A stretch of 64,000 nucleotides of DNA from Scyliorhinus canicula (Eukaryota), in the NCBI RefSeq assembly GCF_902713615.1, contig NC_052146.1, forward strand, positions 310,388,335 to 310,452,334. Reading direction: 5' to 3'. A model generated the notes under the pieces. The model was not told where the DNA came from. It did not search any database and saw nothing but the letters and a program-made list of their open reading frames with translations. A program made the position numbers and the translations under genes. This document shows, one piece after another, positions 1-13,400 of this stretch (its first letter is position 1; each line of letters starts with the position of its first letter).

Positions 1-3000
1 ACCCTGGGACACGGCCCCGCTATTAAACGGGACCCTGGGTTGCGGCCCCGCTATTAAACGGGACCCTGGGACACGGTCCCCCTATTAAACGGGACCCTGG
101 ACACGGCCCCGCTATTAAACGGGATCCTGGGACACGGCCCCGCTATTAAACGGGACCCTGGGACACGGTCCTGCTATTAAACGGGACCCTGGGACACGGC
201 CCCGCTATTAAACGGGACCCTGGGACACGGTCCCTATTAAACGGGATCCTGGGACACGGTCCCGCTATTAAACGGGATCCTGGGACACGGTCCCTATTAA
301 ACGGGACCCTGGGACATGGTCCCTATTAAACGGGACTCTGGGACACGGTCCCTATTAAACGGGACCCTGGGACACGGCCCCGCTATTAAACGGGACCCTG
401 GGACACGGTCCCTATTAAACGGGACCCTGGGACACGGCCCCGCTATTAAACGGGACCCTGGGACACGGCCCCGCTATTAAACGGGACCCTGGGACACGGC
501 CCCTATTAAACGGGACCCTGGGACACGGCCCCGCTATTAAACGGGACCCTGGGACACGGCCCCGCTATTAAACGGGACCATGGGACACGGTCCCTATTAA
601 ACGGGACCCTGAGACACGGCCCCGCTATTAAACGGGACCCTGGGACACGTCCCGCTATTAAACGGTACCCTGGGACACGGACCCGCTATTAAACGGGACC
701 CTGGGACACGGTCCCTATTAAACGGGACCCTGGGACACGGTCCCTATTAAACGGGATCCCGGGACACGGTCCCTATTAAACGGGACCCTGGGACACGGTC
801 CCCCTATTAAACGGGACCCTGGGACACGGCCCCGCTATTAAACGGGACCCTGGGACACGGTCCCGCTATTAAACGGGACCCTGGGACACGGTCCCCATAT
901 TAAACGGGACCCTGGGACACGGCCCCGCTATTAAACGGGATCCTGGGACACGGCCCCGCTATTAAACGGGATCCTGGGACACGGCCCCGCTATTAAACGG
1001 GACCCTGGACACGGCCCCGCTATTAAACGGGACCCTGGACACGGCCCCGCTATTAAACGGGACCCTGGGACACGGCCCCGCTATTAAACGGGACCCTGGG
1101 ACACGGCCCTTATTAAACGGGACCCTGGGACACGGCCCCGATATTAAACGGAACCCTGGGACACGGTCCCGCTATTAAACGGGACCCTGGGACACGGACC
1201 CACTATTAAACGGGACACTGGGACACGGACCCACTATTAAACGGGACCCTGGGACACGGTCCCTATTAAATGGGACCCTGGGACACGGCCCCGATATTAA
1301 ACGGGACCCTGGGACACGGCCCCTATTAAACGGGACCCTGGGACACGGACCCACTATTAAAGGGGACCCTGGGACACGGTCCCTATTAAACGGGACCCTG
1401 AGACACGGCCCCGCTATTAAACGGGACCCTGGGACACGGTCCCGCTATTAAACGGGACCCTGGGACACGGACCCACTATTAAACGGGACCCTGGGACACG
1501 GTCCCTATTAAACGGGACCCTGGGACACGGTCCCTATTAAACGGGACACTGGGACACGGTCCCTATTAAACGGGATCCTGGGACACGGCCCCGCTATTAA
1601 CCGGGACCCTGGGACCCAGCCCCGCTATTCAACGGGACCCTGGGACACAGTCCCGCTATTAAACGGGACCCTGGGACACGGTCCCTATTAAACGGGACCC
1701 TGGCACATTGTCCCGCTATTAAACGGGACACTGGGACACGGTCCCGCTATTAAACGGGACCCTGGGACACGGTCCCGCTATTAAACGGGACCCTGGGACA
1801 CGGCCCCTATTAAACGGGACCCTGGGACACGGTCCCTATTAAACGGGACCCTGGGACACGGTCCCGCTATTAAACGGGACCCTGGGACACGGTCCCTATT
1901 AAACGGGACCCTGGGACACGGTCCCTATTAAACGGGACCCTGGGACACGGCCCCGCTATTAAACGGGACCCTGGGACACGGCCCCTATTAAACGGGACCC
2001 TGGGACACGGTCCCTATTAAACGGGACCCTGGGACACGGCCCCGCTATTAAACGGGACCCTGGGACACGGTCCCTATTAAACGGGACCCTGGGACACGGT
2101 CCCTATTAAACGGGACCCTGGGACACGGCCCCGCTATTAAACGGGATCCTGGGACACGGCCCCGTTATTAAACGGGACCCTGGGACACGGCCCCGCTATT
2201 AAACGGGACCCTGGGACACGGCCCCTATTAAACGGGACCCTGGGACACGGCCCCGCTATTAAACGGGACCCTGGGACACGGCCCCGCTATTAAACGGGAC
2301 CCTGGGACACGGCCCCGCTATTAAACGGGACCCTGGACACGGCCCCGCTATTAAACGGGACCCTGGACACGGCCCCGCTATTAAACGGGACCCTGGGACA
2401 CGGCCCCGCTATTAAACGGGACCCTGGGACACGGCCCTTATTAAACGGGACCCTGGGACACGGCCCCGATATTAAACGGAACCCTGGGACACGGTCCCGC
2501 TATTAAACGGGACCCTGGGACACGGACCCACTATTAAACGGGACACTGGGACACGGACCCACTATTAAACGGGACCCTGGGACACGGTCCCTATTAAATG
2601 GGACCCTGGGACACGGCCCCGATATTAAACGGGACCCTGGGACACGGCCCCTATTAAACGGGACCCTGGGACACGGACCCACTATTAAAGGGGACCCTGG
2701 GACACGGTCCCTATTAAACGGGACCCTGAGACACGGCCCCGCTATTAAACGGGACCCTGGGACACGGTCCCGCTATTAAACGGGACCCTGGGACACGGAC
2801 CCACTATTAAACGGGACCCTGGGACACGGTCCCTATTAAACGGGACCCTGGGACACGGTCCCTATTAAACGGGACACTGGGACACGGTCGCTATTAAACG
2901 GGATCCTGGGACACGGCCCCGCTATTAACCGGGACCCTGGGACCCAGCCCCGCTATTCAACGGGACCCTGGGACACGGCCCCGCTATTAAACGGGACCCT

Positions 3001-4350
3001 GGGACACGGTCCCTATTAAACGGGACCCTGGCACATCGTCCCGCTATTAAACGGGACACTGGGACACGGCCCCGCTATTAAACGGGACCCTGGCACATCG
3101 TCCCGCTATTAAACGGGACACTGGGACACGGCCCCACTATTAAACGGGATCCTGGGACACGGCCCCGCTATTAAACGGGACCCTGGGACACGGTCCCGCT
3201 ATTAAACGGGACCCTGGGACACGGCCCCGCTATTAAACGGGACCCTGGGACACGGTCCCTATTAAACGGGACCCTGGGACACGGTCCCTATTAAACGGGA
3301 CCCTGGGACACGGCCCCGCTATTAAACGGGATCCTGGGACACGGCCCCGTTATTAAACGGGACCCTGGGACACGGCCCCGCTATTAAACGGGACCCTGGG
3401 ACACGGCCCCTACTAAACGGGACCCTGGGACACGGCCCCGCTATTAAACGGGACCCTGGGACACGGCCCCGCTATTAAACGGGACCCTGGGACACGGCCC
3501 CGCTATTAAACGGGACCCTGGGACACGGTCCCTATTAAACGGGACCCTGAGACACGGCCCCGCTATTAAACGGGACCCTGGGACACGGTCCCGCTATTAA
3601 ACGGGACCCTGGGACACGGACCCGCTATTAAACGGGACCCTGGGACACGGCCCTTATTAAACGGGACCCTGGGACACGGTCCCTATTAAACGGGATCCCG
3701 GGACACGGTCCCTATTAAACGGGACCCTGGGACACGGTACCCCTATTAAACGGGACCCTGGGACACGGCCCCGCTATTAAACGGGAACCTGGGTTGCGGC
3801 CCCGCTATTAAACGGGACCCTGGGACACGGTCCCCATATTAAACGGGACCCTGGGACACGGCCCCGCTATTAAACGGGATCCTGGGACACGGCCCCGCTA
3901 TTAAACGGGACCCTGGGACACGGTCCCGCTATTAAACGGAACCCTGGGACACGGCCCCGCTATTAAACGGGACCCTGGGACACGGTCCCTATTAAACGGG
4001 ACCCTGGGACACGGCCCCGCTATTAAACGGGACACTGGGACACGGTCGCTATTAAACGGGATCCTGGGACACGGCCCCGCTATTAACCGGGACCCTGGGA
4101 CCCAGCCCCGCTATTCAACGGGACCCTGGGACACGGTCCCGCTATTAAACGGGACCCTGGGACACGGACCCGCTATTAAACGGGACACTGGGACACGGTC
4201 CCTATTAAACGGGATCCCGGGACACGGTCCCTATTAAACGGGACCTTGGGACACGGTACCCCTATTAAACGGGACCCTGGGACACGGCCCCGCTATTAAA
4301 CGGGACCCTGGGTTGCGGCCCCGCTATTAAATGGGACCCTGGGACACGGT
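1..4350 (+). repeat. Satellite A, 29-31 bp unit (GGGACCCTGGGACACGGCCCCGCTATTAAAC), roughly 140 copies, truncated by window start and gap
   Basis: Continuous tandem array read directly; variant units ggtccctatt, ggatcctgg, attaaccggg, gggacccag. Confidence 0.97.
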
Positions 4351-4450
4351 NNNNNNNNNNNNNNNNNNNNNNNNNNNNNNNNNNNNNNNNNNNNNNNNNN
4401 NNNNNNNNNNNNNNNNNNNNNNNNNNNNNNNNNNNNNNNNNNNNNNNNNN
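4351..4450. other. Assembly gap (100 N, probably unknown true size)
   Basis: Run of exactly 100 N. Confidence 0.99.
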
Positions 4451-4458
4451 GTAACCAG
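4451..4458 (+). CDS. Gene B: 3' end of a VJ-type V exon (GTA ACC A|gtaagt), remainder in gap
   Basis: 4451-4480 is a 30/30 match to the reverse complement of 45061-45090 (gene A V2 exon end plus intron start). Confidence 0.75.
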
Positions 4459-7400
4459 TAAGTACAGTTTCCATGATTCTCATGTGGTTTTGCTCTCAGA
4501 TGGAATCTTCTTGAACTTATCTTCCAGACTTAAATTCTTTGACTCCTTTGTTTACTCAGGTTATTGCCAATGTGGTGCCTCGAGCTGGTTGGTTTTATAT
4601 TCATACTTTATTGGCAAGGTGCCATCCCTAACTGCCCTGGGGAAGGTGGTGGCGAGCTGCCTTCTTGAACCACGGCACTCCATGTGGTGTAGGTACTGCT
4701 GTTAGGGAGCGAGTTCCCGGATTGTGACCCAGCGACAGTGAAGGAACAGCAATACATTTTGTCACAACACCCTGGGCCAACGCACGGTCAGTTCCAGCCC
4801 CACAGACCCCGGAGTCTCAACATAAGTGAATTAACCAGGAACTTGTGTACTTTCCTGAGATCTTTGACCCTTGATGTCTCCAATGAGTTATTAGCACAGG
4901 ATTTGAACGTAAACATTAAAGAATGTTTATTTGTAAAAAGAGAACAAGATGAACAGGTAATGGAAATAACATAACAGTGATCTATTAATATAAATGTTCC
5001 CCAAACACAGACCCACACTCCACCCACATGCACACAAGACAGACATACAGTGGGGAAGGGAAAGGATTGAAATGACGGGGATTAAACTGGGTGTGAGATA
5101 TTTGAGGATCTTTGCTGCTGAGGTTGAGGTCTTTGTCGGCAGTGATCACTTCAGAATGCGAGGTGTTGAACCATCAGTTGGGTTAGACCCTCAAACTGGG
5201 CCATTCAGGCTGGATTCTCAGGCTGTGGGATTCCCTCTGGGGACAGGCTTCAACTTGTGTTGAGCTGAATGTTACCTACGGAAGAAGAACTTCAAACCTG
5301 CTGCGTTTCTGATATGTGGTCAGCTTCAGCAGACTCACCAACAACTTGTCTCAGTTACACAGAATATTAGAGCAGCATTTTTATGAGGCCTTTGACTGAT
5401 CTGGTACCTTTAATCGAAGAGGGATCTGGAATGATCCCCCCTCCCCAGCTCTGTATTCAGGTTTTGAGTACTCACTAACTGCTCTGTGTACCTGAAGGGA
5501 GTTCAAACTGAGATTTGAGAGAGAATTGCCCTCTTCTGGGACAGAGATTCAAAAGGATTCTGCTCAGCTCTGCAGTTTGGAACAATCTGGGGCGGCCAAC
5601 ACCGATTTGTCCTCCAACACAGCCGGAGACTTCTCAGCTCAAACTCTCTTTGGCATTCCGTGGACCACAACAGTTTTACATGTTTCTGTAACATGGCCAA
5701 CATGCATTGTCTCTCAGTCTCTAACTGAGCCAGTCTCTGAGGGTTTGGTTTAGAAGGAGGTGGCTTTGGTGGTTGAAAAGTTTTGAAGTCCCCACCATGG
5801 GGGGTGAACAGACTGCCCCCTGGTACTTCCCTCCAACTTGGTCTACACTCTTTGGAATCTTCTCTATACCTGAATCGGTCTGTCCCTCACCACTCGCTGT
5901 GTGAATCTGTCTACATCACACTTTCAGACAGAACATTCCAGATCCTAACCACTCGCTGTGTGAATCTGCCTCCACCACACTCTCAGACAGTACATTCCAG
6001 ACCCTAGCCACTCGCTGTGTGAATCAGTCTCCACCACACTCACAAAGAGTACATTCCAGATCCTAACCACTCGCTGTGTGAAACTGTCTACATCACACTC
6101 TCAGACAGAACATTCCGGATCCTAACCACTCACTGTGTGAACGTGCCTCCACCTCACTCACAAACAGAACATTCCGGATCCTAACTACTCGCTGTGTGAA
6201 TCTGTCTCCACCACACTCACAAAGAGTACATTCCAGATCCTAACCACTCGCTGTGTGAAACTGTCTACATCACACTCTCAGACAGAACATTCCGGATCCT
6301 AACCACTCACTGTGTGAACGTGCCTCCACCTCACTCACAGACAGAACATTCCGGATCCTAACCACTCACTGTGTGAATCTGCCTCCACCACACTCACAGA
6401 CAGTACATTCCAGATCGCAAACACTCGCTGTGTGAATCTGTCATCATAAAACACGCAGACAGAACATTCTAGATCCTAACCACTCGGTGTGTGAATCTGT
6501 CTCCACCCCACTTACAGACAGAACATTCAGATCCTAACCACTCGCTGTGTGAATCTGCCCCCACCACACTCTCAGACAGAACATTCCAGGTCCTAACCAC
6601 TCGCTGTGTGGAAGAATTTTTTTTCTTCATTTCACATTTGCCTTTTTTGCTAATTATGTTTTTGCCCGCTGTCTCTCAATCTTTTCAGAAAGTGGAACAG
6701 TTTCTCCCTGTCTGCTCTGGTCAGAACTCCAGTGTTTTTGAACATCTCTATCAAATCTCCTCTGATCCTTCTTCTCTCCAAGGAGAATGGTCCAACTTCT
6801 CCAATATATCCCCAGAACTGAAGTTCCCCATCCCTGGATCCATTGTCTTGAATCTTTGCTGCACTCTCTCCGATACCTTCACATCCTTCCTAAAGTGCGA
6901 TACCCAGAACTGGATGTAATATTCTGATTGAGGCTGAACTAATATCTGAAGCTGAATATACTGAAGCTGCCGTGTGTCTAACATTCTGATATTTTACAGA
7001 ACAATCATCCGACAAGAATCCCAGGACTTCAGATGTGATTGTTTTAAGTACGGGGATAATTCTGGCCTTTGTTGTCTTGTTCTGCTTTGCTCTGCTCACA
7101 CGTTATCTTGTAAAAAAGAGGTTGCACTCTGCAAAGAACTCCACACAAAGGTAAATATGACTCATCTTGTGTTTGATACTGTTACTGCATAGGGTCATTA
7201 TTTTATAACTTGCTGCTTTTATTGAGCAGCCACATTCCCCTTGCAGCCTCGCTTTCAAGTGGTGTGAGCTGCTACTGTTGAGACCATCACATGTGCCAGT
7301 GCTTGACTGGTGCCAGTCATCTCCAACTGTCCTGGCATCACAACCACCCCAGTATTGACCAACAGGCACCTAACTGCTGCTGCTGAGAGCCAGGATGGTT

Positions 7401-10400
7401 TTAACAGTTGAAGCTCTAAACCTCGCCCTTCGGACATTAGTGCTGGATAATTGCCACCCTCGCCCTGCGTGCTGGTTCAGTGCCCGTGTCTCGCTGGCTG
7501 CACAGTCCCTCGTGGTGGTTAGAACAAACTAGTGTTCATGCTGTCTGTCTAAACAGCCCATGTCGGCCTTTACTCTCCCCACAAGGAAATAGTTCTCATC
7601 ATATTCACACCGTGTTCCCATATCTCTTCAGCGTTCTTTTTCATCACTTCCCTCTCCAATCTAATCTCAAATGTTGACATTATTTCTGTCTCACAAACTA
7701 GTCTGGGTAAATCCCACATCCTCCCGGCTCTGTGTCAAGATATTTACCTGCCCTCTTCTAAGTCTCTTCCATAAGCTTGTGTCCAGAGCTCCTCAATCTT
7801 CACCCTCCCTGCAAAAGTCTGCTTCCATCTCTTCTATCCCAAGTTTAAAGAATTTTGAAGACCTTTGATCATATTGCTCTGCAATCTGGGTTATGCTGAT
7901 GATAAAAAATGTCTTCCGTCTTTCTTTGTATTTGTTTTCCTGACACCAGATCCAATCCCAGTGAATCTGTCCTGTTTCCTCACTAAAGCCTGACAGCTTA
8001 ATCAGCTTGGAGTGGGGAGCTCTCTAGCATGTCTTCCAAAACTGATATAACTTTCACTGTCAGTGAAGGACAGACAGCCTCGGTGTTTCTTAACTAATAT
8101 TCAAAACATTAAAATGTTCCGGAGAATATTGTGCAAAATGGGTGTTGAAATTTCCAGGTTGTAACGAGACAGCAGTGAGTGCATGTCCCAGATAGCGGAA
8201 AATCCAAGTATTCATTGTGGATTCACTGGGAGCCCAGGGGAATCCTGACCAGTCTGGTTTAGGTGGTGTGACTGTGGACATCTGCACAGTTTGCATTGCT
8301 TTGATAGAAATGAGATGGATCAGATTTCCCAGGAGAAGTCCGCACTGTTTCCAGCCCTTTCCCAAAGTGTGACATGCTTTGTGTTTATTGAGTTGGGAGG
8401 TTAATGGGGTGGTGAAAACGGCAGATGGGACACTTGCCATTATCAATCGGGGCATCGATTACAAAAGCAGGGAGGTCATGTTGGAGTTATGTAGAACTTT
8501 GGTGAGGCCACAGCTGGAGTACTGTGTTCGGTTCTGGTCACCACATTATAGGAAGGATGTGATTGCACTGGAGGGGGTGCAGAGGAGATTCACCAGGATG
8601 TTGCCTGGGATGGAACGTTTAAGTTATGTTTCATAGAACATAACTTAAATGTTCCATCCCAGGCAACATCCTGGTCAATCTCCTATGAAGAGAGTTTGGA
8701 TTCCTTTCTTCATTGGAGAGCAAATTCTGCTTATTTAGTAAATGATTCGGGATATCTGGCTCATCCGTGTCATCGTCCTTAAAAACTGGAATCAAAGGTC
8801 CATGTTGGAAAATCTAAACTCCGTCTCCAGCAAGAGTGTGACCTGTTGTTCTGCGGTAATGCTGCAATGAAGCTAATGTGTGGCATTTCTTTAGGATCCC
8901 TGATGAAGACCAGAACGCTGTGTATGCAACAGTGGGCGGTGAGTAAACTAATTCAAGGTGAATTGTTGCCACGTTCACCAGGAATTACCCTCGATCCCAG
9001 ATACCCCTTTAGAACAGTACATAGAACAGTACAGCACAGAACAGGCCCTTCGGCCCTCGATGTTGTGCCGAGCCATGATCACCCTACTCAAACCCACGTA
9101 TCCACCCTATACCCGTAACCCAACAACCCCCCCCCTTAACCTTACTTTTTAGGACACTACGGGCAATTTAGCATGGCCAATCCACCTAACCCGCACATCT
9201 TTGGACTGTGGGAGGAAACCGGAGCACCCGGAGGAAACCCACGCACACAGGGGGAGGACGTGCAGACTCCGCACAGACAGTGACCCAGCCGGGAATCGAA
9301 CCTGGGACCCTGGAGCTGTGAAGCATTGATGCTAACCACCATGCTACCCTGCTGCCCCTTTGATGCTGTTAGTTTTGGGATGGAATTAACATGCGAATAA
9401 TTTGGTTAATTCATTTGTCTGATTTGCAAAGTTTACCGTTAAATGCTGTAAAGCTACATGGGACAGAATGAAGATGGTAGGAGGCTGTCCCCAGCCCTGT
9501 ATCTGCAGAGTGTGAGACATACCCTCAGGGTGGCAAGGTTATTGTCAATGTGCAGGGAAGGTCATGTTTACCAACTTAACAGAATTCTTTGTGGAAGTAA
9601 CAAAGTTAATTGATGAGGGAAGGGCTGTAGATGTCATATACATGGACTTCAGTAAGGCATTTGATCAGGTTCCCCATGGTAGGCTGATGGAGAAAGTGAA
9701 GTCTCCTGGGGTCCAGTGTGTACTAGCTAAATGGATAAAGAACTGGCTGGGCAACAGGAGACAGAGAGTAGTAGTGGAAGGGAGTTTCTCAAAATGGAGA
9801 ATTGTGATTAGTGGTGTTCCACAGGGATCCGTGCTCGGACCACTGTTGTTTGTGATACACATAAATGATCTGGACGAAGGTATAGGTGGTCTGATTAGCA
9901 AGTTTGCAGATGACACTAAGGTAGGTGGAGCAGCAGATAGTGAAGGGGGCTGTCAGAGAATACAGCAGAATATAGATAGATTGGAGAGTTGGGTGGAGAA
10001 ATGGCAGATGGCGTTCAATCCGGGCAGATGCGAGGTGATGCATTTTGGAAGATCCAATTCAAGAGCGAACTATACAGTAAATGGAAAAGCCCTGGGGAAA
10101 ATTGATGTACAGAGATCTGGGAGTTCAGATCCATTGTACCCTGAAGGTGGCTGCGCAGGTTGATAGAGTGGTCAAGAAGGCATGCGGCATGCTTTCCTTC
10201 ATCGGAAGGGGTATTGAGTACAAGAGTCGGCAGGTCATGTTACAGTTGGATAGGACTTTGGTTCGGTCACATTTGGAATACTGCGTACAGTTCTGATCGC
10301 CACATTACCAAAAGGATGTGGATGCTTTGGAGGAGGTGCAGAACAGGTTCACCAGGATGCTGCCTGGTATGGAGGGTGCTAGCTATGAAGAGAGGTTCAG

Positions 10401-13400
10401 TAAATTAGGATTATTTTCATCAGAAAGACGGATGTTGAGGGGGACCTCATTGAGGTCTACAAAATCATGAGAGGAATAGACAGGGTGGATAGCAAGAAGC
10501 TTTTTCACAGAGTGGGGGACTCAATTACTAGGGGTCATGATTTCAAGGTGAGAGGGGAAAAGTTTAAGGGAGATATGCGTGGAAAGTTCTTTACGCAGAG
10601 GGTGGTGGGTGCCTGGAACGCATTGCCGGCGGAGGTGGTAGAGGAGGGCACAAGAGCGACATTTAAGATGTATCTCGACAGACACATGAATGGGCAGAGA
10701 GCAGAGGGATACAGATACTTAGAAATTGGTGACAGTTTTAGGAAGAGGATCTGGATCAGCGGAGGCTTGGAGGACCAAAGGGCCTGTTCCTGTGCTGTAA
10801 TTTTTCTTTGTTCTTTGTTACAGTGAGTGACCCCAAAATGATAAACTTTCAGACATAGAAAGTCCACGAAGCGGCCTCCAATATTTCACCAGCGTCTGGA
10901 ATATCCTTGTAGAGTGATCACATTGTCAGTTCTCAGAGGGATTCCTGGGATTGGAGATGGTTAAGAGTTGACCGATTAGTTTGAGATGAGAGTTTTTGAT
11001 TGAATTGAGAGAGAAAAACTATTTGCTCTGGCGAGTGGGTTAACAACTACAGATCAGAGATTGAAAATCATTGGGTAAAGATCGAGAGGGAAGACGGGGA
11101 GAAATGTTTTTCACTCAGAGAATTGTCGGGATCTGAAACGCTCGCCCGGAAAATGTGGTGGAAGCTGATCCCAGAAATCATCTTCAAAGAGAGTTGGGCA
11201 GGTACTTGCTATGGAGGGAGAGCAGCGAAGGTTTACCAGGCTGAATCCTGGGATGGTGGGACTGTCCTCTGAGGAGAGACTAAGTGGGTTAGGATGATAT
11301 TCATTGGAGTTTAGAAGAGTGAGAGGGGATCTCATTGAAACTTCTAAAATTCTAACAGGATTAGACGGGTAGATTCAGAAAGAATGTTCCCGATGGTGGG
11401 GGAGTCCAGAACTAGGGGTCATAGTTTGAGGATAGGGGGTAAACCTTTGAGGACTGAGGTGAGGAGAAATTTCTTCACCCAGAGAGAGGGGTGAATCTGT
11501 GGAATTCACTCCCACAGAAAGTAGTTGAGGCCAAAATGTTGTGTAATTTCAAGAAGGAATTAGATTTTGCTCTTGGGGCTAAAGGGATCGGGGGATATGG
11601 GGGGAAGGCGGGATCAGGGTACTGAACTTGATGATCAGCCATGATCATAATGAATGGGGGAGCAGGCTCGAGGGCCGAATGGCCTCCTCCTGATTCTATT
11701 TTCCATGTTTCTGTGTATGTCTCAGGAATTTACAGGATTCCGGATAAAAAGCAGGAATGTGGGATTAGGCACAATGGCCCTTTAAAGAATCAGCACAGAT
11801 TCAATGGGCTGAATGGCCTCCTCCAGTTCTGTGAGTTTCTGATTTCTCTGATGAGCTTTATAACGGAGAGGAGGCCTCATGTCTCCCGGGAAAACTGCCC
11901 AAGTCACTCCGGAATTTTCATTTGTTATCATTCCCAGTTTTCTGAGCTCGACCTTTACATGGATCTATTCTGAAGAAACATCTTTGTGTTTTCTTTTAGA
12001 TAAAACACGGAGCAGCAATCAAGAGGTTCAAGAATCCCCTCCTGCTCCTTTGGTAAGGAAATGGAAATGGGGCTTAGCTGTTGTTCTTTGCTGAATTTTA
12101 GATTTGCTGCCATTTCCCAAAATAGGAAGCACATCAATGAAAGAGGAGGAGTTTGAATGTTACTGTAAGTTTACAAATCAATCCTGTTACAGACAGGAGA
12201 GTGATAGACAACCTGCTCTGATTTCCCCGCTCCACCTGTCTGTCTGCACAACGTGTTTTGAATTAGTTGGTGATGGCATATTTTTCAAATCCTTTGGGTT
12301 CTGTGAACCAATTTACTAATAAACAGCAGAAAACTGGAGGTAACAGTTACTCAGAAGGTTAGTTTAATCCTGGGGAGGAAGTTTCACCACTTCCCACTCC
12401 ATCACACACACTCATATATTGACACACTCACACACAGTCTCACACTCTCTCTCACACATTCACAGATACACTTTCNNNNNNNNNNNNNNNNNNNNNNNNN
12501 NNNNNNNNNNNNNNNNNNNNNNNNNNNNNNNNNNNNNNNNNNNNNNNNNNNNNNNNNNNNNNNNNNNNNNNNNNNNNNNNNNNNNNNNNNNNNNNNNNNN
12601 NNNNNNNNNNNNNNNNNNNNNNNNNNNNNNNNNNNNNNNNNNNCCTCATAAACACACAGACACTCACCCTCTCACACACAAACACCCACTCTCGCATTGC
12701 TGCCCTCTCCCTCACGCGTGCCACCACCCTCTCTCCTTCATTCTATCACAATCTCTTTCTCTCTCTCTCTCTCACACACACTGACTTGCAGAATCACTGC
12801 TTATTTTATTCTCAGACATTTTTTGAAAAGTTTCCAGCACCTTCTATGTGACCAGGTTAAAGTTGGGGACAGAGTTTGTGTGGGTTTCCAACCTGAAACT
12901 TGAGGGGTGATTTTTTGAGGTGTGATATTTTTGAGGTGTGATATTTCTGAGGGGTGATTTGTTGAGGGGTGATATTTGTTGAGGGGTGATTTGTTGAGGG
13001 GTGATTTTGAGCCCCTCTGCGTCCGTGAGAAAGTCACCGTGGGGCCTAAACTCTGTAGAGAAGCGAAAAATGTGATTCTCTTCCGCGTGATTGGTGTTTG
13101 GACAGACCATGCCATTGAAAACAATAACTTACATTCTAACACTGGGGACTGGATTCTCAGGCCCCCCAGACGCGTGTTCCTCGGCCGCGCGCTGTTCGCT
13201 GGCAGCGGGATTCTATCATTGAGGAGGTGGTGGGGAGCTGCCTTCTTGAACCGCTGCAGTCCCTGAGGTATAATGACATGAAATGTAAAATATTCCCTGG
13301 GACTATTTGGAAGATGGGCAGAGGAATCATCCTTTAATGTCCTGGGTGATATTTATCCAGAAAAAACGTTACCAAAGCTGATTGGTCATTGTCACATTGT

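Noticed and set aside
1-4350. CRISPR-like repeat array
   Set aside because: Head-to-tail units with no unique spacers; eukaryotic context.
8690-8790. Minus-strand exon-like FKDDDTDEPDIPNH…
   Set aside because: Runs into the LINE relic and connects to no other exon.
7151-11999. Similar intron lengths in both genes (1.7 vs 1.6 kb; 3.1 vs 3.1 kb)
   Set aside because: Intron contents are unrelated repeats and the other introns differ greatly; treated as coincidence.
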